From positions 2,689,258 through 2,753,257 of the forward strand of contig CM082591.2 in assembly GCA_040954595.2 (NCBI GenBank): a stretch of DNA of 64,000 nucleotides, read 5' to 3'. The notes below the pieces were generated by a model. It searched no databases. It was given only the letters and a program-made list of their open reading frames with translations, and had not been told where the DNA came from. Positions within the stretch are counted from its first letter, which is position 1, and each line of letters starts with the position of its first letter. Position numbers and translations under genes: made by a program. Source of the DNA: Balanoglossus misakiensis. Taxonomy: Eukaryota > Animalia > Hemichordata. Below, piece after piece: positions 54,501-64,000 of this stretch.

Positions 54501-57500
54501 TGCTCTGGGCTAGATTTGGGTGCATTTCCGATCTGCTCTCTAGTGTTAAAGGCAGGCAGAGACGAGAGGGCGGTCGCATAAGAGAGAAAAAAATAGACAG
54601 AGAGAGACAGACAGAGGCATAGCGAGAGGAATGGAGGAGGGGGAGAAGGAGAATAAAGCACTCATTTACCGGGCCTCACAGACACATGCGAAAAGGGCAT
54701 GAACACGGTGAGAAGTCACCTCTCAGACACGGCATTGTGTCTGGCCACATTACATTATTATCCAATTACACGAGTACAAAGCACCCGGTTTGTTGAATCG
54801 CCACACCAACTTCCATTGCCGCCATATTTAATGGAATGTTGCAGACAAAAAAAAGGTTTAAGTCCAAGCTGAAACTGTAGCCCCACTGGCTTTTTCAACT
54901 GGTTGCCTGAGAGTTACAACAATGTCGCTTGTGAGACGCTACAGTTATTGGTAGCACTCCACAGCGATAATCGCGTCCACTTGTGTGAGATAAATGGCGA
55001 TAAATTGCATGCAACAGGTTACACAACCGATTCACCTTTGACCTGACTAAAGCTGTCAGCATGACATTTTCCCGCCACAGAAGAAATCTGTAAAGCTGTA
55101 GTTGCTCATAAATGTGTCGTATTAGTTTTTGATTCAGAAATTTACTTCTCGAATGGATGTTTTAAAGAATGAAGTGAACTTTCTTCAAACAGTCAAGTTC
55201 TAGTCGTATTCTTTTGTTGTGTACTTGTATTATCGTTCTCTGTAATTTTATCCCGCTCCTCCTTTCCAGGTCATGGATCTAAGGGAAACCGACGTGACGT
55301 GTGATCTGGCAACTCATCGGCGTAAAGCAGCTGAAATTCTCCACCAGGAGTACGAACCAGAGCCAGCGCCGAAGCAGACTTCGTCGTCATCGTCTGGTGG
55401 TTCGCGGATGATTATTCCTTCGTATGAGAGATCTCGACCATCATCGTCATCTTCTTCCTCCTCCTCCTCCTCCTCCTCCAGATCTTCGTCATCCTCCTCC
55501 TCATCACCGTCTGCTTCTCGTCAGAATTCTCGTCAAAATGCCCAAACAGGACGCCAATCGTCACATAGCAACAGCCAGAGCGGAAACAGGTACGTAATAA
55601 GCTGAAGGTTTACACCCAGTTACATCTCACGTTGTCGTTTACTTGTGTAGCAGACACGCACACACAAAATTTGACTGGAACATGTTTGTCTGACACATAC
55701 ACATTGACCAATATTCTTAATCAAAGTGTAACTAGATTTAGACTTTTTGGGTACAGTTTGGTAAATCTCTCACTCAAACCATTGGTCGACGTTCATTCTG
55801 AGGTGTGTTAGATAAACAGATTGTAAGTTCCGTGCACAGTTTGTATGTGTGCTGCATATAAAACGGCGAAGTGACATGTAACTGACTGTATTTGACGAGA
55901 CGAGATGTCTGCATCTCTTCCCGTCTTTAGTGAAGCAGGCTGTAAAAATAGCAGACAGATTTATACATTCTTTTGTTCTGGGTAAACTTTGACACTATGT
56001 ATCAGTGAAGGAATTTGTTTCAAGCGGTACAGGTGCTAGCGCTAGTATAGTGGAGCACTCAAGCCGACGTGTTAGTATGTAAGGCGGGAAAGTTGGCCGA
56101 GAAGAAATTTGCTTCTTCCATGATAAGGGGTGAACCATTATATTTGGGGGTGGGATTTTTGAAAAATATTGGCAGATGGTGCGTAGGAAAAAAATCTTGC
56201 ACATCTGTTGCAGGACATGACAAAGTCACGTACAGGTGCAACGGTGAGAGGGGGTAATAACACAATTATATGACTCTCCGTTGTCTGCTAAAATTTACCG
56301 TGATTTTCAATCGAAAGTTGTACATCTGCCGTTTTTACACCGTGGGAATATGCTGGCATCCTACAGAGATGTTTTAATAGTGTCTGCGAGCAGCTCCTCG
56401 TTTCACCGAGCCCATAAAATGTATCACTGCATTTGTTTTTACACTGGAGGACCACTTCTCCAAAAGAGAAATCACTCCTTTGGAGCACTTGTCAATTGAA
56501 ATCATTGTGCAGCCTGGCCACGTCTGGCGGAACCTGCTTGTTTGAAGGCCGAGCAGAGCGGGTGGGATCGAACCAGACAGAACCAGATAGAACCAACAAA
56601 AAGCCTATCTCAGTCTACATTAGACATCCATCCACATGGGATTTGATGAATTGCTTAAACTTCCCACTCAAGGTCTGTCTGTTCGATATGTTATCTACAA
56701 TCTGGCCGGAGATGGTGGTCTGCTGAATCAGAGAAAACCAGCTAAGTCTGGATTACTGACTCCCTGGAACTTGTACAGACCGGTGGCTTCATCACTTCGT
56801 GTCGTCATCGGTTTGTGTGCTCCAGGTTTTTCGCGTGGAAGCACTCAGAAACGAGGGTAAACGTTTCTTGTCGTATGTTGTTATGGTTATTTTTGGCCAA
56901 TCGTCCGTCACCCTTGCTTAAACTTCTATCATTCCAGTAATCCCAAGATGGCCTTATACTGGTTTATCACCCGTTCCTCTTTTCTTCCAAGCCTTCAAAT
57001 GTGGAGGTTCTTATTTTCATTTAGTCTGTGAAAACTTCCTGCGAATGCCAGAACTCTCAACAGAGCATATCCAAACACATTCTTACAGCCGAATCCATTG
57101 TTTGGCCAATGTTCTTGGTCTGCGTGTGTGAAACATAGGGGAATTGGGGGTACGCAAGGTTATGCATGGAAAAAGTCGTGTGTTTTTGTCGTTAAATTGA
57201 CAAAGTCAGGTCGCGGTGACTGAATAGAGTGTCATCCGACTCGTCAGGGTCCCCTCAAACCCGAGGATAAGAACTGAAAGGGAGGAATTTCACAGGAACA
57301 CGGCGTTGCATAGGTGACGTGTTTTGCGCTCATAGGTATTCTATTGCTAGCGGGAATATTGCGTCATCCAAGGGTAGCTTCTTTATTCTCCGGAGTTCGA
57401 CAAGGCGACGTCTCGGCCGCATTCCAGGGATTGTCTGGACCCAAGGTAGCGCATACTTTGCGAACATCTGCCGGGCATACCGGGTGGCCTTCCGCGCCAT

Positions 57501-60500
57501 CAGCGCGATCAACATCAAGGCTGACCTTGGGCGCCAGCGGCCGTACCCACCTCACATTATGTAACCGTTTTTCGCATAGCCCAGACCTCATCACTTAGGG
57601 GCGAACCAGTTGATTTCTGGGGGGGGGGGGGTGGAGGAATGGGTATCCGGACAACACGAACATACCCGCGCCATCCAACATCGCGACTCCAACAAACGGT
57701 TACAGTCCTCAGCAAGAAAGAAGATACAACTTTATGAACCCCCTAGGAAGACTTAAGTTGGTAGTAGCGATGAACCGCACGACACGGCCTCGACCCTATA
57801 CAGATACAAACAGGAGATACCAGATCTGGTCATTTCTGTTTCTGTCCGTATACAGTCTTTCTGCGCAAACTGGTCTAACAGTAGACAGATAAAGATTTGT
57901 TTTTATCACAGACAGTACTTCTACTGTCTATGCAGTTTATCAGTGAAACCTGATCGTTTAGGATCCGCTGAGAAGATATGCTTAAAATCACCTTTAAGAG
58001 TTTCTTTCGATTAATCATGTTAAGAGCCCTCTTAATGTTTTCAATCTGGGAAATGTCTGTGTGAGAGATAATGTGTCCATCTGTTCAAGGCTGTGTTTTA
58101 CTGTATATTTTACTAGCATCGATGGGGTGCTGGTTCTGTCTGCGTGGGAGCAAGCTGACCCCCTGCGGCGATTTTGTGGACGATATTTTCCCATACACCG
58201 TGAAGAACAGAAAAGAGCGGTATAATTTATATCCATTGATCGGTCGAAAATCGTCGCGTGCACCGACCGCCATTGGTGCTTATATGCCTGAACCCCCTCG
58301 AAAACAGTGAGGACTTTCACCGAAACCGATACCCGCAGTTTCGCCACATTTACCGACGCCTGTCTGCTCAGAATAAATTAAACCAAAGGCCCAGACAGAC
58401 GCAACTCGATTGCATTTGTGTAGGCCTATAAATAAACCGAAAGTGCAAATAATCTTACGCCAAACACGCCCAAGCAAAGGCACTCACTTAATTCGCTCGA
58501 CGGAAGTGATAACATTTGTGTTTCAGTCAAAACAGCCAGGGGGTACAATCGGGCCGGGTCGTCAGCTTCAACATTAACCTAGATTGTTCGTCTGACCCCG
58601 TTTCAATGAAGACAATTCTCACCCTGAGTGATAGATTCGTGTTAAACTTCAATTATTGACCCGCAAAAAGAAATTCCCTCGGAATGAAGCTATCAAATGA
58701 ATGCCAGTCATACTGGAGTTTAGAGCAACACGCTCTGAAATGCACTGACACCTGCTTATCGTCCAATCAAGAGTATTACCAGACGAGGCAAATCGATCGC
58801 TCTCTTATCACATTCGGTCGGCAGACGTGTCTGGCCAAGTCCCAATACAGTCCAATTAACACAAAACCCCCGTAGACATTGATAAATACACCGTGTATAG
58901 GATCATCACTTCTTGTAGTTTTTAATTTACCAGAAAAAAATCCCTGGCGAAAGCAGCTTACGACCATATGTTTCTAAACGTGTTATATTTAGAGATTTCG
59001 GTGCCTGATAGGTAAATCCTGACCGTTCGTGATCACTGGACCGACTTTGTGACTCTGGTGCGTGTGATCAGGGTTTGATTTTTGTTTGTTGAAAGGGAGT
59101 GTCCTTGGATTCGCGAATAACTCTTTTTACCCTCTTTCCAAAGAGCTTCCGCTCTCCGTTGATATCTCAACGTGTCCACTGACCTTTCCGATGCTCTCTG
59201 TTGATAGTGGACAGAAGTTAACACGGTCAGTAGTTAATTAAACCCAACAAATGATTCTGGGGGACCTTGTAATTTCTCGTTGATGTAACACATCTTTTGT
59301 TTGGACATGGAAACCACTGGCTTATAATGGAACATGTAATAATCACGAAACACAATGAGAAATTCCGTTATCGTGCCCGCTGCCGACCATCGGGATCCAA
59401 TCACCGTACCCCCACCCCCCAGTAATGGAATGACCCAAACCGGGTGTTGTATGCAGGGAACATCCCCCCTCGGGAGAACCACGAGCAGGGGGACAATAGC
59501 AACAGATCCCTCTGTTTGTTTTCCTTCAGAAATGCGGGCCAATGACCTGTTGACGAACTCGGAGCGTGTGCTGTGCATCTTTTAGGCTCATAAAAATATT
59601 TTCGAGAGAGTTCCCATGAGATTTGGCAGGATCCCTTGTTTTTTTCTCTCCCATAATATGTTGGGAGCGTGGCCTGCTCGACCCAGACTGACATATAAAT
59701 TGCCTAGCCACGCGAAATCTCGCAGAGTCTCGCGGAGTTCGGAAAACGGTCTATTCGGGAAGCGGTCTTCATTGCGTCTGGGATTTCTATGAAAACATCA
59801 GTATCTCCAAAGAAGCCGCGAATTCCCATGCGTGAAGCGACAACAGCTTACCTTTTGTTTTTTTTGTCAGTTTGTTTCTGATGTGTGTTTTCATAGCCAA
59901 CAACGGATGTCGGGTAACCCAATGTTTTAAGCTATGTACACAGGTGGCTGATGTGTAGGCCTATCTGTCTGTAAACACGAAGTGTATGTCGCCATTTTGA
60001 AATTGTCTGGAATCTTTCCTTGTTTTCTTGTCTCAACGAGACTTTAGGTATATGAGTAAAACAACGGCCAAAAAAACGACACAAGCGGCTATCGATAGTC
60101 TAGGTCCTAGACTTTCACTCCAAATCTATACCACATGTGCATCACAGTATCTCCCAGGCCTGGTTTGAGGGCGGGGGTGGACATTAGTCATTGGCCGATG
60201 TGTCCATCTCCTTCAGATTTATTTTATTGCGTGTGGGCTTGTCGAGACGCCGTTTAGAAGCTTTTCTTGCTAAGCCCTGTCTTGGTCTGACCCTCTCGCT
60301 CCAGGGTCTATGGTCCCCCCGTAAGTCGTTCGCCTGCTTTAGTCTCGCTCGGTGTTTGTTACTTTCACAAAAAGCAATTACATGCCGTTGTCACAAACAA
60401 GCTTTTCTGACAGCTCATCTAATAGTCTCCGCAAATCCCCTCTCAAATCGCCTTTTTTCTTTTTCTCTTTGACATAAAGAACGGCGGTATCGCGATTTTA

Positions 60501-63159
60501 CCGCGAATCGAGACTCAACTTGGCTGACTCAATGTAGAAATTGCATAACAATTGCAGATTAAGTCGAGTTTCTTTTTGTGTCGCTCCAGAAAAGCGACTG
60601 GCTTTGAGTTTAACCAACCGAAACGTGATGGAAGAGTTATATCAATGAATTAACTGTTTCCCCGCTAATTACTACCGTGAGTTGAGTATTTGCAAGTGTT
60701 TCGAATTTTTTTCGTTCTCTGCAGAAAGGGAAGGGGGGTACGAGACCGCGCAGTTCTGTTATAAAAACGCACACTTCACGAAGTCACTCATAAAAAGTGT
60801 AATTGCACATTCCATCAATACCACCCACACTCCATGATCGAGACGATTAGCAAATTGACCAATTCTTCCGAGTTTCCTGTCAAGACATTTTCCCATTCAT
60901 AAATCCACCGATTTTTAAGCGTTGTGCGATGCATCATACATGACTAATGTGTTAGTCACGTAGTAATAAGCGTTACTTCCAGTCAAGATGCCAAACTTCG
61001 ACCGCTGAAGGTTGCAGGCAGACAATGCCAGATTCCGGACAGTCGGCCAACCAACCAGACCAAGTCAACCCCACAATGGAGTTCGTATGCTCCAAATATT
61101 CAAACGCTGGCCGTCTCAAAAATCCACGCCGACAGCGAAATTTAATGAGGGTTAATGATCACAACGCAAACAAAGGCACTTGAGTAAGAGTCCTTCATAT
61201 TTAACGACTGATTGGCTTGATTTCAAAATGGCATGTAAAGGGGGCAGCGATTAACCCGAACTTTGTCTTGTCGGTAGCAGTGAAAGGGAACTGTTTGGAA
61301 AGTTGAACTGTTGCGTGGTCGGACTTTGCAATAACTACGAATTAATGAGATCTGTGCGGCCGCCAGTAAAGGTGTGATTAGCTTCATTTTATGAGCGTCT
61401 GTGAAACCTGGTAATTCGAGTCTGCATTTTGACCTGATCTGTTGTCGATCCTGCAGCTGTAGCTATGCATTATGCACCTTTCCTCAGAATACGACTTAAC
61501 AGCGCCTCCTAAGTCCGAATTCTGCCAAACGTGCGCGAGTCTGCTCCAAATCCGGCACCTTTTCAGCACAATGAACTTCACGACAAAACACCTTGTTTTG
61601 TTATGAATACTTCCGCGGAGGCATTGTTACCGAAAGAAAAATTACGTGAGTAGTTTGTGTTATTTGCGCAGCCTCGTATAACAAACAGTTATCCATTGTT
61701 AACTTACTAGGTCAGAAATAGTATAGCCTTTGCCCGAAGGCGTGGGAGGGAATCCCCGCAAGCGATGGGCACCACACATGCGGGGCTAGGTCAGCGCTTT
61801 GACTGAAGGCAAAACGCCGCAACTTGTTGTAATCACCCTCTGAGTCTTGAAACTAAGTCAACGTATGCACACTGGCTGTGCGGACTTGCCGTGATATTCA
61901 GAAAGAATTTCAGTGTTTGGACTCCGGTTTTTGTCGTGTTTTAATGTGGTTCTATAAAAGTGTTTACTTGGCACTGTTGTGAACCATTTCAATATTGGCC
62001 CCTAATTCCACATGTTGTGTATTCCAGACAAGGACGGCCACATTTGAGCAATCAATCAAGTGATGCACCCTGGGAAAATTACATCGTCTTGAAACAATTT
62101 AACACGTGTAAACAAAATACAGATGTGTTGATCCGTTATTCAATCTCCTTGAACACTGGTATCGGTTTCAACTCAACCAGTATGCGTAGTTCAAGGTTGA
62201 GAAATATTAAATTCCATACCGAACTGGTGTTTGGATATTTGTCAAGTTTATACCCCCTTGCATCTGCTGTTGTGACGTCAATTTTCTCACGGATGTTTTT
62301 GGACAGTCCCTTTTTGAGAGACTGTGCGTGAAGCTCACGAGTGTCACCCAGACGTTATGAAATAATAGACTAAATTTTCTTTATTATTTTCTTTGATTCC
62401 AGGCAGGGCCAACAAGGCGAGGCGCTTAGATGGCCATGGCATGCGTTGTTGTGGGACGACAGAAGCGAAAAACCCCTTTGCCATGGCGCCTTGCTTGGAT
62501 CTCAGTGGGTCGTTACAACGAAGAGTTGCTTTGACGAGAAGTTTTTGATGATGGACTGGAATCCACTTAGCCCCCGCCCTTCATCTGATCTTGTCTTGCA
62601 CCCTAACAACGTGGTTGTGAGGCTCGGCAAATCCTCGGATTTGATTGGCTTTGAAAGCACTGAGCAGGTGTACGGGATCAGTCGCGTGTTTGCGCCTGCG
62701 TCAGCGTTTGATTTTGAAAACCTGGTGAGCGGCCGCGACTCGCCTGTGCTTGTTGAACTCCGAGCTTTGGTGTCGGTGGACAAGTACGTGCAGCCGATCT
62801 CGCTGGAGCTGGGTGGTTTCTATGGCAGCAGCACGGGCAAAACGGAAGGTGCTATGTCGTTCTGGGCAGTCGACAGAAACGACAGGACCAGCGGAGACAA
62901 GCTGCGTTTCACCAGAGCCGAGACGGTCCCCTGTCAAACGACCAGCGACCGGTACAGCGTCTGTGCCACCAGCGACGACACGGGACCGTACCTGGCTCCG
63001 TCAGTTGCGGAGAACGTCGGAGCACCTTTTGTAACGCGAGAGGGCGCGAACACGTGGCGGCTGAAGGGAATCAAGACGAAGCAAAACGACGGGCCAAATG
63101 AAGTGTTTTTAAAACTTCGCGAATACACCGACTGGTTGTACAGACGGGTACAGCTATAA
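48565..63159 (+). CDS. Predicted secreted leucine-rich-repeat protein with a C-terminal inactive trypsin-like (S1) domain, about 1053 aa
   Basis: Exons: 48565-48790 (signal peptide MKWFTLTILVLGNVYLATS, LRRNT CPDQCHC...C; phase 1); 50983-52841 (about 22 typical 24-aa LRRs, LRRCT start GNPWKCDC...C; phase 0); 55270-55589 (end of LRRCT VMDLRETDVTC plus Ser-rich linker; phase 2); 62403-63159 (WPWHALL, CHGALLGSQWVVTTKSC, VRLG, VQPISL, WRLKGI, YTDWL). All junctions are GT-AG and in frame (3162 nt). The exon 3-4 join across 6.8 kb is inferred from phase only. Confidence 0.85.
48807..48888 (+). repeat. Dispersed about 80-bp repeat, copy 1 (contains palindrome GCGAGATCTCGC)
   Basis: Hand alignment to the reverse complement of 50750-50830 gives about 14 differences in 82 nt; also aligns to 59692-59753. 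Confidence 0.9.
50750..50830 (-). repeat. Dispersed about 80-bp repeat, copy 2 (inverted)
   Basis: Reverse complement GTCACGTGAGAATGTCCGCCATATAAACTGCCTATCGTCACGAGATCTCGCAGGGTCTCGTTTAGTTCGGAAAATGGTCTA matches copies 1 and 3. Confidence 0.9.
50831..50877. mobile_element. Very short MITE remnant, ACCCTTTCAC...GTGAAAGGGT-TAA
   Basis: 10-bp perfect terminal inverted repeat, TTAA on the right side; same termini as 6209-6301. Confidence 0.45.
53797..53962. mobile_element. Foldback / MITE-like nested inverted repeat in LRR-gene intron 2
   Basis: Outer arms 53797-53818 and 53941-53962 match 21/22; inner arms CCTCGCGAGA (53849-53858) and TCTCGCGAGG (53891-53900) match 10/10. Confidence 0.6.
59692..59753 (+). 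repeat. Dispersed repeat, copy 3 (about 62 bp, 5'-truncated)
   Basis: CATATAAATTGCCTAGCCACGCGAAATCTCGCAGAGTCTCGCGGAGTTCGGAAAACGGTCTA aligns to copies 1 and 2. Confidence 0.9.
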
Positions 63160-64000
63160 AAAGACATCCAAGTTTAAAACACTGGGGGTGCCCTCCCCAA
63201 AAAACTTTCTCATCCGCATCGGAAGATCCTTTATGACACTTTCAAACAGGCGTGTAGTTATGCATAGTCACAACTATACACATATAACGATCTGAAAGCA
63301 AAACAAATTGTTTTGTCAGAAAGGTGGAAAACACACGTTTGATTTTTCGAGGTTGCGTACCTTGTGGGCGTTGACCTCAATCCAAGTGGTTGAAAGGGAA
63401 CCGGAAGTATAATTAAATTTGAGAAACAACTCGCATGATGGAATTACCTGAGACACATTGCCATGGTGACGCCCACGGGACTTGAAGAGCAAGTCCCTCA
63501 CAAGGAGAACAGTTGCAATTTCAGACGGACTGGTGCAGTATCGAAATATTCATTGCCATATTATATGTATTTTATCCTTGGTGCTAGTCTTAATTGTTCT
63601 TAAGGATTCGAGATCATGTACTTCCATTTCCTTAGAAATGAGGATTTTAATCTTTTGTATAAGTGTATGTGTTATTGTGGATTTTAATATTCTCTCCTGT
63701 ATAAGTGTTAGTAACGTCCACTATTGATAAATGATGATTCCCAGTGATTTTAGCAGAATCATGATTTAAAAAAAAAACATTCGATCAGCATGTTTAAAAA
63801 GAGGTTCCCAATTAGAACACAGTGAGATAGTAGTAGTCTGTTCTCATTACTCAGTTGATAAAAAAGTAAATTTATTCATTCATCTCCTCTGAATAGTTTA
63901 AGAAGGGAGACCTTTGTTTATAGTGAGCCTTCCATGTCCAGAAAAGAACAGGACAAGATTTTTCTGTATTTGCCGAAGTAGATTTTCAGACTTTCTGCGC

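Overview
Eukaryotic (metazoan) genomic DNA. The histone 3'-end signals, poly-G/C tracts, short MITE-like repeats and protein sequences suggest a marine invertebrate deuterostome, but that is inference. Left to right: (1) the 5' part of a minus-strand HIPK kinase gene, seen as one large coding exon (3511-4489) in long AT-rich introns; (2) a complete minus-strand SETDB1 H3K9 methyltransferase gene, reconstructed by hand as 28 phase-consistent GT-AG coding exons (about 1493 aa); (3) directly upstream, a single replication-dependent core-histone quartet H3(-) H4(-) H2B(-) H2A(+) with stem-loops and an unusually long shared downstream element, with no H1 and no second repeat unit; (4) about 13 kb of CpG-rich non-coding DNA with enhancer-like motif clusters; (5) a four-coding-exon plus-strand gene (about 1053 aa) predicted to encode a secreted protein: signal peptide, LRRNT, about 22 LRRs, LRRCT, Ser-rich linker, and a trypsin-fold domain lacking the catalytic His and Ser. 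The best novelty candidates are that LRR-pseudoprotease, three inverted/direct copies of a 60-80-bp repeat around its exons 2-3, the extended histone downstream element (which predicts the U7 snRNA 5' end), and an H3K9-mimic motif in SETDB1. All gene models are manual; no searches were run.
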